From a virus, in the IMG/VR virus record IMGVR_UViG_3300037464_000010, positions 1-64,000 of that record: a stretch of 64,000 bases of DNA; one strand, given 5' to 3'. Shown here piece by piece: positions 16,017 to 26,297 of the stretch. The position numbers were made by a program, and so were the translations under genes. Position 1 is the stretch's first letter. Each line of letters opens with the position of its first letter. A model generated the notes under the pieces. That model was not told the DNA's origin. It worked only from the letters and a program-made list of their open reading frames with translations, and searched no databases.

Positions 16017-16060
16017 TTGCGTAAAAACGTTACGAAATTCCGAAAAAACGCAGAAAAACC
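16017..16060 (+). promoter_or_regulatory. A-tract/CG promoter-like motif, instance e
   Basis: TTGCGTAAAAACGTTACGAAATTCCGAAAAAACGCAGAAAAACC, ending 23 nt upstream of the terS ATG. Confidence 0.45.
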
Positions 16061-16083
16061 TCTGATTTTCTTATGGATTTATT

Positions 16084-16686
16084 ATGACTGCTGTGCCTGG
16101 TCCAAAACCCGCCTCTCGCAACCCTTCCGCTACTCCTGGAAAGGCTCGCGCAAAGAAATTGTCTGATTTTGATGCTCCTGAATACCTCCAAGCGCAAAAA
16201 GCATATGACGAATTTAACTGCGAGCAAGTTGCCACAGAAATCTGGAACGATCTAGCCCCCGAATTGGACAGGCTTGGAATATTATCAGTTCTCGATACAC
16301 GTCTCCTCGCAAGATACTGTGAATGTTATGCGCGATGGCTTCATTGTCGTGCATGGATTCAGGAGCGTGGGTCATCTTTTCCTACGTACACTTATCGAGA
16401 GGAGCAAACGGTTGACCACCTTGGAAACGTAAAGAAAATAGCTCAAAAACGTACCTTAAAAAACATGATCCCCTATCCGCAGGTAGCTATGTACGATCGC
16501 CTGCTTACTCAGCTAGGACGAATGGAGGACGATCTTGGTCTTACTCCTCAATCTCGCGCACGAATCCTTAACAGCTTACCGCCCCCAAACAAACTCGAAG
16601 CAAATGGTGGGCAAGAACCTCCGAAAGGAACGACCAATCCTTTTAATTATGCAGCGGCGAAAAACGGCCTTGCTGTAGTTCGATAG
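16084..16686 (+). CDS. terS: terminase small subunit, P27 family-like
   Basis: PGPKP... N-terminus, ..W..LAPEL..LGILSVLD..LLARYCECYARW.. and C-terminal LGLTPQSRARI follow the P27-type TerS pattern; sits directly upstream of terL. Confidence 0.75.
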   Translation: MTAVPGPKPASRNPSATPGKARAKKLSDFDAPEYLQAQKAYDEFNCEQVATEIWNDLAPELDRLGILSVLDTRLLARYCECYARWLHCRAWIQERGSSFPTYTYREEQTVDHLGNVKKIAQKRTLKNMIPYPQVAMYDRLLTQLGRMEDDLGLTPQSRARILNSLPPPNKLEANGGQEPPKGTTNPFNYAAAKNGLAVVR

Positions 16687-16692
16687 AATTAG

Positions 16693-18330
16693 ATGATTGA
16701 TCCGGCCATTAGATGGCGCGACGACTATTACTTTGATCGAATTGCTGCGTACAACGCGGTCTGCTTTTTTGAGAACGAAATCGTTCACATTAAGGGACCG
16801 CTCGCTGGAAAACCTCTAAAACTCGAAGGATGGCAACGGAGATTTATCCGCCGTCTCTACGGATGGAAGAGAAGAATAGATCACACGCGAAAGTTTCGTG
16901 TGGCTTTCGTTTTTGTGCCGCGTAAGAATGGGAAAAGTTTACTCGGAGCTGGCATAGCTCTTTATGGCTTAGTCGCTGACGGCATTACTATCCACCACCC
17001 TGACGGCTCGCTCGAATTCCAACCCGAACTAGGCGCGGAAGTGGTGAGCGCTGCCGTCGACCGCGAACAAGCGCGGGTGGTGTTCGATGTTGCTGTGAAA
17101 ATGGTAGAGATGAATCCACGTCTCCAGCAGATGTGTAAGATTTATTCGAAAGCCATTATCTGTGAAGACACAGCTTCGAAGTACACGGTTCTTTCTGCTG
17201 ATGTAGAGAATAAACACGGACAGAATTCTTCTACGATTGTTTTTGACGAGCTTCACACTCAGCCGAACGGAAATTTGGTTGAAGTTTTAAAAACAGGCAC
17301 GATAGCCCGCGCTCAACCGCTTCAAGTTTACTTCACAACGGCGGGTCACGATAAGAACTCCGTTTGTTACGAGTACTATCAGAAAGCCAAAGAGATTCTC
17401 GATCCTACAAGTCCTCGCCGCGACCCTTCTTTCTTTCCCATTGTCTTCGAAGCTCAGGTTGATAAAAAGGATCCTGACTTTTGGAAAAGTCGTGAGATAT
17501 GGAAACAGGCAAATCCAAACCTTGGCATTTCCGTTCCGTGGTCAAACTTCGAAGAAGCTTTTAATGAAGCGCTTGAGAATGGAAGAAACGAAAACTCTTT
17601 CAAGCGGTTGCATCTAAACATCTGGACAGAGACGCTAGAGCGATGGCTTCAGATGGATCAATGGGAAAGATGCGGGCTCAGTACTTTCGATCCCACAATT
17701 CATAAGCGAAACCCCTGTATTCTGGGAATCGACTTATCGAGAAAGGTCGATATCACTGCGCTTGTCCTTCTTTTTCAAACACCGGAAGGTTTTATAGATG
17801 TACTACCTTACTTCTGGCTTCCCGAAGAACAGATGAAGCTTCGTTCAGATAAGGATGGAGTGCCTTATCTGGAGTGGGTGAGCAAAGGCTATATAAAGAC
17901 AACTCCTGGAGCCGTTGTCGACTTTAGGCGCATCAGAAGTTTTATTAACGAACTCGGGGAGCAGTTTAAGATACAGGAAATTTGTTACGATCCTTGGGCC
18001 GCGACTGAGCTGGCAACCGACTTAGAGGATGACGGCTTCACAATGGTGGAGATTCAACAATCGATGTCGAAGCTTTCCGGTCCATCAAAAGAGCTTGAAG
18101 CACTCCTTGCCTCTACGCGGCTCAGACACAATAACAATCCAGTATTAAGATGGATGGCGGGAAATGTGGGAATCATTGAAGATGCAAAAGGCAACATTAT
18201 GCCTTCAAAGGAAAAATCGAAGGAAAGAATCGACGGAATCTCAGCTCTCCTAAACGGGCTCGGACGACTCTTGGTGCTTCGTCCTAAAAAGGAATCGCGG
18301 TACGAAAGAGAAGGGCTTTTTTCAGTATAA
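16693..18330 (+). CDS. terL: terminase large subunit
   Basis: 545 aa; Walker-A-like VPRKNGKS, Walker-B-like IVFDELH, C-terminal nuclease region (GIDLS.. / ICYDPW.. / DGISAL); position between terS and portal. Confidence 0.9.
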   Translation: MIDPAIRWRDDYYFDRIAAYNAVCFFENEIVHIKGPLAGKPLKLEGWQRRFIRRLYGWKRRIDHTRKFRVAFVFVPRKNGKSLLGAGIALYGLVADGITIHHPDGSLEFQPELGAEVVSAAVDREQARVVFDVAVKMVEMNPRLQQMCKIYSKAIICEDTASKYTVLSADVENKHGQNSSTIVFDELHTQPNGNLVEVLKTGTIARAQPLQVYFTTAGHDKNSVCYEYYQKAKEILDPTSPRRDPSFFPIVFEAQVDKKDPDFWKSREIWKQANPNLGISVPWSNFEEAFNEALENGRNENSFKRLHLNIWTETLERWLQMDQWERCGLSTFDPTIHKRNPCILGIDLSRKVDITALVLLFQTPEGFIDVLPYFWLPEEQMKLRSDKDGVPYLEWVSKGYIKTTPGAVVDFRRIRSFINELGEQFKIQEICYDPWAATELATDLEDDGFTMVEIQQSMSKLSGPSKELEALLASTRLRHNNNPVLRWMAGNVGIIEDAKGNIMPSKEKSKERIDGISALLNGLGRLLVLRPKKESRYEREGLFSV

Positions 18331-18397
18331 TTTGTCTGTTACTGTGAATGAGGGGCAAGCTATTATCACATTTTCTCTATGAATAAAACCTGAAAAA

Positions 18398-20143
18398 ATG
18401 CATATCTTCGGCTTCGACATTAAGATAGCGGATCGCCGTAATAGCCTCGCACCAACAAATCCTCTCGATGACAGGTGGTACTATCCCGTTTCTGGTGGCA
18501 CTCAATCAGGTATTGATGTCGATCCTGACACTGCAATGCGGTATTCAACCGTATTTAGTTGCGTAAAAATCATTGCTGAAACCATTGGATCGATTCCGCT
18601 CATTGCTTACAAAAGAGTTGGTGAAGGGGGCAAGGCACGAGCGACAAATCACGCCGTATATAATTTGATTCGGAATCGTCCCAATCTTCGCTCGACTGCA
18701 ATGGGCTTCCGCGAAACTATTACCATGCATTACCTCTTACATGGTAACGGCTACGCAGAAATAGAGCGTGATTACGGAGGAGATCCTGTGGGGCTTCGTC
18801 TTCTCCACCCCTATAACGTAGAAAGCTCTATAGATTCTGACACTGGCTTCCCTTATTACAGTTTAAATCTTGGAAATGGACGGAGCCGAATAATTCCTTT
18901 TTGGGATATGTTTCACCTTCAGGGCTTTACCCTTGATGGGAGCATGAACGGCCTCTCGATGATTAGTTTCATGCGTGAAGCAATAGCTTTGGGCCTTGCC
19001 GCTGAAGCTTATGGTGCGGCTTTTCTATCTAATAATGCGACTCCCGCAGGAGTAATTCAGCTTGCAGCAGATCAGGAACTTTCTGATCCTGCACGTAAGC
19101 GACTGAGGGAAGAGTGGCAACGCAGATATGGTGGTGTAAGCAAAGCTGGAAGCACTGCTATCCTAGAAGAAGGGATGGAGTGGAAACCAATCGGCATTCC
19201 TCAACAAGATGCCCAGTGGATTGAAAATAGAAAGTTTCAAACGACAGAAATTTGTCGCTTCTTTCGAATGCCACCACATTTGGTGGCTGATTTAGACCGG
19301 TCAACTAACAATAATATCGAACAACAGTCATTAGAGTTTCTTACTTACACGATGCTCGCTCACTTTGTGAGATGGGAGCAAACGATTCAGCGAGATCTTT
19401 TTAACGCTTCAAGTAGTCCTAACTCTAAATTTTCTGACAAATATTTTGCTGAGTTTTTAATCAATGCTCTAGCGAGAGGAGATTTAAAAACTCGCTATTC
19501 TGCTTATGCAATCGGACGACAATGGGGATGGCTATCAGTAAACGATATTCGCGAAATGGAAAACATGAATCCCATAGGCGAAGAAGGTGATATCTATCTT
19601 TCGCCACTCAACATGGTGGATTCTAAAAACTTTGGCGATGTTTCGAATGATAATCTTACTAAAACTCTTCCAGATGATTCTGCCGATAGTGAGGAAATAC
19701 AAAAGAAATCAGTAAAGCTTTTAAAAGTAGTTACTCGTAACCGTCCGGCCCTTCCTGCTCCCCCTGACAAGAAAGAATCGTTCCAAGAAATGATTAGAGA
19801 ATCGGTGGGGCGGCTTCTACGCAAAGAAGAAAGGTTCAGCTTCAGGAAGGGACGAACTCAGGGCGAGATAGTTCAATTTAAAAACGATCACGACGCCTTT
19901 ATTTTAGAAACTCTCCGTCCGATGACGCGAAGCTTCCTGGAACACCAAAGGTTGGTGAAGATTTTTAACGAGGGCGAAGATGCGTTGTCCGATGAAAAAG
20001 CAGCTACCTCTACTGAGCAAATTCTGGAAAGATTTTTATCAGATTATCGCTCAAAGCTTGTTGATAATTGGAGCGAACATATAGATGAATTGTCTCAGAG
20101 CTTGACTGAGACTCTTATGAAATCAGTGGAGTCAGTTATATGA
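18398..20143 (+). CDS. portal protein, HK97 family-like
   Basis: 581 aa, directly after terL. ..VFSCVKIIAETIGSIPL.., ..LLHGNGYAEIERD.., ..GGVSKAGSTAILEEGMEWKPIG.., ..RFFRMPPHLV.. match the HK97-type portal pattern. Confidence 0.85.
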   Translation: MHIFGFDIKIADRRNSLAPTNPLDDRWYYPVSGGTQSGIDVDPDTAMRYSTVFSCVKIIAETIGSIPLIAYKRVGEGGKARATNHAVYNLIRNRPNLRSTAMGFRETITMHYLLHGNGYAEIERDYGGDPVGLRLLHPYNVESSIDSDTGFPYYSLNLGNGRSRIIPFWDMFHLQGFTLDGSMNGLSMISFMREAIALGLAAEAYGAAFLSNNATPAGVIQLAADQELSDPARKRLREEWQRRYGGVSKAGSTAILEEGMEWKPIGIPQQDAQWIENRKFQTTEICRFFRMPPHLVADLDRSTNNNIEQQSLEFLTYTMLAHFVRWEQTIQRDLFNASSSPNSKFSDKYFAEFLINALARGDLKTRYSAYAIGRQWGWLSVNDIREMENMNPIGEEGDIYLSPLNMVDSKNFGDVSNDNLTKTLPDDSADSEEIQKKSVKLLKVVTRNRPALPAPPDKKESFQEMIRESVGRLLRKEERFSFRKGRTQGEIVQFKNDHDAFILETLRPMTRSFLEHQRLVKIFNEGEDALSDEKAATSTEQILERFLSDYRSKLVDNWSEHIDELSQSLTETLMKSVESVI

Positions 20144-20361
20144 AGATTCGAATTGTTCGCGTTACGCCTATAGATGCTTCGGGCAGAATGGAAATAGGTT
20201 TCGATCTAATGAATGATAATGGGACCGTTGTGTATCCGAATCTTAATGTATCAGGACGACCTGATGAGATTAGACCACATGCCGTTGCGCTCGCACGAAG
20301 CCTTAGAGATGAAGTGATTAAGTCTAAGCAGATTAAAGTTGGCGACGAGGTAGATATTTAA
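20140..20361 (+). CDS. hypothetical protein
   Basis: ORF track; ATGA overlap with the portal stop. Confidence 0.5.
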   Translation: MKIRIVRVTPIDASGRMEIGFDLMNDNGTVVYPNLNVSGRPDEIRPHAVALARSLRDEVIKSKQIKVGDEVDI

Positions 20362-20406
20362 GTGTTTCTTTGTACACCTTTCTTTCGCAAATCGTTGAGG
20401 TTCTAG

Positions 20407-23103
20407 ATGGCATTTTATGCGGGTGTTCAAACTGGAAACTGGTCGACAGCTTCTACGTGGAATCGAGTAACTAATACTCCAACTATTCACGCCACCACTA
20501 ACATTGCCACGACCACAGGCGGGATTTTTTCAGCTACTTTTACCGCTCCTAATACCGTCAATGCTTGTACGGGAGTTTTAGTATTTTTAGGTTCCACTGC
20601 CAACGTCACGCTGACCGCTACATTGCAACAGAATTCGGTTGATACGGCAGCTACTGTTTCCATTCCCTTAGCCTCTACTCTCATTAATAGTTGGATCTAC
20701 TTTCGGTTTCCAACTCCTTTTGTTTTCACAACTACATCGGCGGGAGCTTATAGATTTAAAATCACCACAAGCGCAAGCTCGCCGATCTTGGCTGCGGATG
20801 CAGCGGGTTCAAACTTTGGTTACCTTGCAACGGATGACAGGACAGGCGCACCTACGTCAGCGGATGACGTCATTATAGCAGCTCCGGGCATGAGTCCGTT
20901 AATTACTGTGACTGTTGATGGTTCGCAGGTAGTCGGCTCAGGAAATTTAAAAGAAGCAACGCCACCAACCTCAGCACGTCTACTAGGCTACGGCATAGTC
21001 TTAGGAACTGGTGGTGTTATCGATTGGAACAGATCGGCCGATTCTACACTTACTTGTAAGGGTAGCATCGTCGTTGCTCCTAATGGATATTTCCAGATGG
21101 GAACCGTTGCGTCACCAATTCCGGCAGGAGTAACTGCATCGCTCGTCATGGATATGGTTACGAGCGGCGATCATGGTCTAAATGTTACGACCGGAGGACG
21201 TGGAATCATCCAGGGAACGCCCCCAACCCACAGAGCCACCAAGTATGTTTCGGGACTGGGGACAGCAGCGAGTCCGTTAATTACGTCGACTGCCGTAGAT
21301 TGGGCAGTGGGCACTCATATCGCTATTCTTGCTACTTCTGACAGTTCGACTAACTACAACGAGACTGAATATAAATATATTATTACGAAGAACTCACCTA
21401 CTTCTTACGTTCTTTCTAATACTCTCGGTGGCGCTGAGGCAGGATTGTCCTTTACTCACGATAACACTGCGCACATTGTAAACCTGACTCGCAATTGCGT
21501 TGTAAGAACGACCAATACAAGTCTCTACACCTATCTCAATTTCAATGGGCAATCAGTCACTGGATACGTGGACGTTGATAGTCTTAGAATTGAAAACGGA
21601 GGGCACAATAACGGCGCGAAGTATGCTGTTATGGTTCAAAACCGATGTGCCACTGATGATGTAATAGCTTTTCGTTTTGATCGCCAAGCTTTTTGGTTCG
21701 GCAATAATATTCTTCAGTCGACTCATAACTGGCTAGTTGCTTGTGCTGGAATTTTTGCCACTACCAGCTCCACGTCGGGAGGGCTCAATTTAACTACTAC
21801 AAGAAATAAAATCTTTAACGATTGTTACGCCTTTAATAATGTGGGAGTTGGTGTAACAGTTCAAGCAAGTTCAGCAGTTACATTTAATCGATTAATCGTT
21901 AATTCTTCCAACTCAAATAATACAAGCGGAATCGGCGGCCTCTACCTGAATGGTAGCGACGTGGCGGTGAACTTTAATCAGTGCGAAAGCAATGCGAATA
22001 GGCACGCAGGCGTAATTTTGAATGGTATCACCGACAGCACGTTTACTGACTTTGTTTGTGGTGGTAACGGCATAAATCAGACATCTGATTTAATGGTCAT
22101 AAACGGATCTTACAATACGGCGCTCTTTATAAATTCAGTTTTTCAATCTGCAACGCTTATTGGTAGTTATTCTCTCTTAGCAGAAGGCTCGAAGATTAGG
22201 TTTCACAAGTTAAACCAATTAGAAAACAATCATATTAGCTACGATCCAGGAGGACGAAAGCGTTCGACGGGTGCCGGACTAACAGATACCACAGTAAGAA
22301 CGGCTGGATCACTGGCAGTAGGTCTTTATCCTGAAAGCTTGACTCTTGGGCAGAAATTTCAGTTTAGAGTACTGGCTCGACCCAATACAGTTGTGTCGGT
22401 CCCTGGTTTTTGTTGGCAAAACTCTACGTTTGTCGCGGAAGCAGGTGCATATGTAACGGTTGAACTTTTCCTTCCTGGCTCATCTACTCCAGCAGCCACA
22501 AAAACAATGACCAAAACCACATCACCAACTTCTAATGATGCTGTTTTTGCATTAGCGGCTTACTACTCGGGAGTCACGAACTCATACGCACGAGTAGTGG
22601 TGAGCGCTTACGGAACAGCGGGATCCAATTGTTATGTGGATGATTTGTTTAATGGCACAAACCCCATTACCGCCCTGGATGTTTGGGAAGAAGGAGAACC
22701 ATCAGCCATTATGTTCGAACAACTCGGCGATGCTGCCGCAGTATTGGGGGTTCTTACTTCCACGCTCACCACTCCTGGAACGGCAGGGAAAGCTTTAGTT
22801 GATATTCTGGATTACGTCGACTCGATTCCGTCCGATGTTTGGGGCGGAATTACAACTGCCGCTATCAATAAGCTTGCCGACACCTTAATACGTCGAAGCA
22901 ATGCAAATATTGAAGCTTCAGCAGATGGTGAAGCGCTATCCGCTCAAAGTCTCTATGGTTTAATTGCGCAAGGAACGAACCGAAGTAAAATTGTTGGCAC
23001 TACTCTGACTGTTTACAGAGCAGACAAAACAACACCTCTCGGTACTCGAACTATTGGCACATCTTCAACGGCGGATCCGGTTACGGAGCTGACAACAAAC
23101 TAA
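20407..23103 (+). CDS. large parallel beta-helix-like protein (possible fibre/depolymerase/decoration)
   Basis: 898 aa. N-terminal GNWSTASTWN motif; long Asn/Gly/Thr/Val-rich repeats such as NNVGVGVTVQASSAVTFNRLIVNSSN..LYLNGSDVAVNFNQCESN..GVILNGITDSTFTDF are typical of right-handed beta-helix repeats. Confidence 0.5.
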   Translation: MAFYAGVQTGNWSTASTWNRVTNTPTIHATTNIATTTGGIFSATFTAPNTVNACTGVLVFLGSTANVTLTATLQQNSVDTAATVSIPLASTLINSWIYFRFPTPFVFTTTSAGAYRFKITTSASSPILAADAAGSNFGYLATDDRTGAPTSADDVIIAAPGMSPLITVTVDGSQVVGSGNLKEATPPTSARLLGYGIVLGTGGVIDWNRSADSTLTCKGSIVVAPNGYFQMGTVASPIPAGVTASLVMDMVTSGDHGLNVTTGGRGIIQGTPPTHRATKYVSGLGTAASPLITSTAVDWAVGTHIAILATSDSSTNYNETEYKYIITKNSPTSYVLSNTLGGAEAGLSFTHDNTAHIVNLTRNCVVRTTNTSLYTYLNFNGQSVTGYVDVDSLRIENGGHNNGAKYAVMVQNRCATDDVIAFRFDRQAFWFGNNILQSTHNWLVACAGIFATTSSTSGGLNLTTTRNKIFNDCYAFNNVGVGVTVQASSAVTFNRLIVNSSNSNNTSGIGGLYLNGSDVAVNFNQCESNANRHAGVILNGITDSTFTDFVCGGNGINQTSDLMVINGSYNTALFINSVFQSATLIGSYSLLAEGSKIRFHKLNQLENNHISYDPGGRKRSTGAGLTDTTVRTAGSLAVGLYPESLTLGQKFQFRVLARPNTVVSVPGFCWQNSTFVAEAGAYVTVELFLPGSSTPAATKTMTKTTSPTSNDAVFALAAYYSGVTNSYARVVVSAYGTAGSNCYVDDLFNGTNPITALDVWEEGEPSAIMFEQLGDAAAVLGVLTSTLTTPGTAGKALVDILDYVDSIPSDVWGGITTAAINKLADTLIRRSNANIEASADGEALSAQSLYGLIAQGTNRSKIVGTTLTVYRADKTTPLGTRTIGTSSTADPVTELTTN

Positions 23104-23104
23104 G

Positions 23105-23839
23105 ATGGCCGGAGGTTTTCAAGATCATTTATTTGCCTTATACGGTCTTCCGGGCGGCAAGAGAGCTTCGGGTGGGCCAGTAAGCTTAATAAGCTTAATC
23201 GGTGTCACGACTACGACACAGGGCGATCTTCGTAGATCTATACCTGTTATTGGAATCTCCTCGTCTCAGTTTGTTTCCAATGGCACCCTTCTACTCTCTC
23301 GGCGTCTCCTTGGAAGCTCCGTTTCTGTCTTAGGAACAGCGGGATCGATTGCTGTAGCTAGAAAACTTGTTGGAAGCTCTCCTTCAAGTTTTAGCTCTGA
23401 AGGGTTATTGGTTGTCTTCAAGAACTTTTCAGGGAGTATCTCTAGCTCTTCTCTTGTTTCTGATTTCCTTCTAAAGAACGCTTTTGTTCTAGAGGGAAAT
23501 ATTGTTACTGAGAGCGATGTTGAGGAGATTTCGCTCTACTCCCTATTGGGTCTCCGGTCAAATGTTCAGGTTCAGAGTAGTATTAATACTATTTACGGAC
23601 TCTCTCTTACTCAAAAGATTGAAGGGGCGATAATCGCAGGCGCAGGGGCGTGGGGCGACCTTTTGGTCAAACCCTTCACCTTGGACGATCCTGCAAAGGT
23701 CCTTGAAACAAAGAGGAGAATTTACATAGTTGATGCTAGGGAACGAGACTTTGTTCTGAAGAGCAAAAATCGGGTCTTTGAAACTCCTGTAAAAGAGCGT
23801 ATCTTTTTAATTAAATCCAAAAAGCGAATTGAGGAATAA
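23105..23839 (+). CDS. Ser/Leu-rich hypothetical structural-module protein
   Basis: ORF track; starts 1 nt after the upstream stop; internal LxGSS-type repeats. Confidence 0.5.
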   Translation: MAGGFQDHLFALYGLPGGKRASGGPVSLISLIGVTTTTQGDLRRSIPVIGISSSQFVSNGTLLLSRRLLGSSVSVLGTAGSIAVARKLVGSSPSSFSSEGLLVVFKNFSGSISSSSLVSDFLLKNAFVLEGNIVTESDVEEISLYSLLGLRSNVQVQSSINTIYGLSLTQKIEGAIIAGAGAWGDLLVKPFTLDDPAKVLETKRRIYIVDARERDFVLKSKNRVFETPVKERIFLIKSKKRIEE

Positions 23840-24244
23840 ATGGGATCATTAGCAGATTATGCTGAGAACAAAATCTTAGATCATCTTTTTGGAGCAGTTG
23901 CTTTTACGGCTCCAGGCACTCTTTATTTTGGTCTTTCAACCTCCACAATAACTGATGCAGGGGGCAATATTACTGAGCCATCAGGTAACGCCTATGCGCG
24001 TGTGGCTATTACGAATAACGCCACCAATTTCCCCGCTGCCGCAGGCGGTTCTAAGTCAAACGGAGCAGCCATTACTTTTCCCCAGGCATCTGGTTCCTGG
24101 GGAACGGTAGTCGACTTTTTCCTCTCTGATGCAGTAAGCGGAGGAAATATTATTGCCTACGGCACGCTTACAACGCCAAAGGCAATCACCAATGGCGACA
24201 CGGCAGCCTTTGGGATTGGTGATTTTAACATTACTCTGAATTAA
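23840..24244 (+). CDS. conserved phage protein of the N.ILDHLFG..YARV..FP.A.G.WG family (often annotated minor tail/fibre-associated)
   Basis: ENKILDHLFG..LYFGLSTS..GNITEPSGNAYARVAITNN..ITFPQASGSWGTVVDFFLSDA.SGGN; pattern recalled from many phage genomes; function unknown. Confidence 0.45.
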   Translation: MGSLADYAENKILDHLFGAVAFTAPGTLYFGLSTSTITDAGGNITEPSGNAYARVAITNNATNFPAAAGGSKSNGAAITFPQASGSWGTVVDFFLSDAVSGGNIIAYGTLTTPKAITNGDTAAFGIGDFNITLN

Positions 24245-24468
24245 TGAATCCAGAATCCATCACTCCCCAACTGGGTGCTACCTACATGCAGCTAGGAGAA
24301 CTCAGCATTATTCGAAAGGATCTTGTCGATCAGTTGACTCAACTTGATAATAGAATAGCAATGCTTGAGAAGCAGGCTCGATTGCAGAAGTATCAAATCG
24401 AACTCGAACAACAACTTAATGAAATGAATCAGACTGGAGAAGGGGGTGACGATCCATGCCTAGTGTAG
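24244..24468 (+). CDS. small coiled-coil protein
   Basis: ORF track; TAATG coupling to the upstream gene. Confidence 0.45.
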   Translation: MNPESITPQLGATYMQLGELSIIRKDLVDQLTQLDNRIAMLEKQARLQKYQIELEQQLNEMNQTGEGGDDPCLV

Positions 24469-25154
24469 TTCTCCCCGCGAGCGGCCTTCCTTTTGCGGTC
24501 GATCAAATCAGTAGTGTTTACTTTACGAAAGCTAAGCTCGTTTTAGGAGCTGATGGCACTGCCAGTTACGTAAGTATTGGACAACAGCTTAAAGCTGCAA
24601 GCGTTCCCGTTGCCTTAGCGAGCGATCATTTTGGGCAGGCAACAAAAGCAAATAGTCTATCCATTGTTCACGCAAGCGATGAATTCCTTGCTCACGATGT
24701 GGCGGCTGCAACAGAGGTTCCCAATCGGGTCCTGGGGGCGTTCGGTGTTGATGCTGTTACTACAGTAGTAACCGATAACAGAAAGACCCGAGTCTACGCT
24801 GACAGAGCTGGCCGTTTGACCGTCACAGAGGTTGCTCCCGGTAACATGACTTCGGGGACGGCCTCGACTAATACCAATACGGACACAGCTTGTATAGCAG
24901 CTCCGGGGGCCGGGAGATTCTTATATCTTACTGATGTAACGCTTTGTAACGAATCTGCCACAAACTGCCGAGTAGAAATTAAGAACAACAGCGGACTTAG
25001 GCACGTAATCTATGTCCCCTCACTCTCCACTGTGTGGAGAACTTTTAAGACTCCTATACGCGCTTCGGCTGCAAACACCTCTTTTTCATTTCATCCCCAA
25101 ACGGGCGTCTCTACGCTTTATTGCTCGATGACGGGATTTTGGCTGCCTTACTAA
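24456..25154 (+). CDS. hypothetical structural-module protein
   Basis: ORF track, 232 aa, beta-rich composition. Confidence 0.5.
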   Translation: MPSVVLPASGLPFAVDQISSVYFTKAKLVLGADGTASYVSIGQQLKAASVPVALASDHFGQATKANSLSIVHASDEFLAHDVAAATEVPNRVLGAFGVDAVTTVVTDNRKTRVYADRAGRLTVTEVAPGNMTSGTASTNTNTDTACIAAPGAGRFLYLTDVTLCNESATNCRVEIKNNSGLRHVIYVPSLSTVWRTFKTPIRASAANTSFSFHPQTGVSTLYCSMTGFWLPY

Positions 25155-25163
25155 TGGATTTTC

Positions 25164-26102
25164 ATGATTAATACAGAAACTCGAACCATCTTAGACGCTA
25201 ATATCCTTGAGATTCGGAGCGAAAACGATCCCGTGATCGAGGGTTATGCAGCAGTTTTTAATCAGAGGACCGAAATCTTTGGTCTTTTCACGGAGTCTAT
25301 CGCTCCAGGAGCTTTTAAAAACACTCTGAAGGTTAAACCTGATGTTCGCGCTTTGTTTAATCACGATCCTAGTCAGCTTTTGGGTAGGACTAAGGCGGGG
25401 ACAGTTATTCTCAGAGAAGATTCCAAAGGGCTCTGGACCGAAACGAGCCCTTCCCTAGATACTTCAGTCGGTAAAAACGTCGTTGAGTGGTTAAGGCGCG
25501 GTGAACTCGACGGGATGAGCTTTGCTTTCACTGTTAAGAAGCAAGAGTGGACCTTTAGCGATGGGAAAGCTAAGGGCATGGACCACAGGGAGATTCTAGA
25601 GGTTGGGGAGCTTTATGACATTGGCCCCGTTACCTATCCAGCTTACCGATCGACCGAAGTAAAGGTCCGTAAGGAAGCTGAAGCCGTTCATAACGAAGTC
25701 CGTCAACGGTTCGAAAAGAATCGGGAGCAACGGGGAGCAGTAATTCAAGTTCCGGCTGGCTTCGATATGATTGAATGTCGCTTCGGTGATTCGTGGAGAC
25801 CCGAACTCCGCAATGACGAGGGTGACGAACCAAAGGAAACAGAGGCAAATGAAAAAACGGAAAATATCAATGTCGAAGTCGAAATCGAAACAACTGGAAA
25901 CGTATCAAAACCGGATGCAAAAGAGAATGAGCCGCCGGTTGGAACAAAAGAGGAAGCTCCAGGCGAGAACGAAAATAAACCTTCAGGTGAAGAAGGGGAC
26001 ACCCCCAACACAGAGCAGCATTTCGCTCGCCGAAACCCTGAAATCCTCAGTCGAGAAATTGAAGTCTCTAGGGGACTCGCTAAAGCAAGAGGCATCATCT
26101 AG
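25164..26102 (+). CDS. prohead protease, HK97 (S78) family, with acidic C-terminal extension
   Basis: IEGYAAVFNQRTEI..ESIAPGAFKN.. ..LFNHDPSQLLGRT.. ..SFAF.. follows the HK97 prohead protease pattern; the last ~110 aa are Glu/Lys/Asn-rich. Confidence 0.85.
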   Translation: MINTETRTILDANILEIRSENDPVIEGYAAVFNQRTEIFGLFTESIAPGAFKNTLKVKPDVRALFNHDPSQLLGRTKAGTVILREDSKGLWTETSPSLDTSVGKNVVEWLRRGELDGMSFAFTVKKQEWTFSDGKAKGMDHREILEVGELYDIGPVTYPAYRSTEVKVRKEAEAVHNEVRQRFEKNREQRGAVIQVPAGFDMIECRFGDSWRPELRNDEGDEPKETEANEKTENINVEVEIETTGNVSKPDAKENEPPVGTKEEAPGENENKPSGEEGDTPNTEQHFARRNPEILSREIEVSRGLAKARGII

Positions 26103-26107
26103 AGGAG

Positions 26108-26296
26108 ATGAAACAGGAGCTAGAGAAACTGTCTCTGAGTGAGCTTCGTGAACTGCGGGAACAGAAGATTGCCGACAAGGTAGTCTGTCTGTCCCGCGCT
26201 AACTTCTCTCCCAACGCAGATAAGATGCGGGAGTTGGCCAAGAACTTAACCCGCAAAATCCACAAGATAGATCGTCTAATAGAAGAGAAGGAGTAG
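26108..26296 (+). CDS. small coiled-coil protein
   Basis: ORF track; GAGGAG RBS; its stop lies 1 nt before the 3' end of the minus-strand tRNA-like unit. Confidence 0.45.
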   Translation: MKQELEKLSLSELRELREQKIADKVVCLSRANFSPNADKMRELAKNLTRKIHKIDRLIEEKE

Positions 26297-26297
26297 G

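Noticed and set aside
25745-26142. ORFs 25745..26098 (-) and 25771..26142 (+) overlapping the protease 3' end
   Set aside because: They arise from the repetitive GAA/AAA-rich sequence that encodes the acidic tail of the protease. They have no independent start context.
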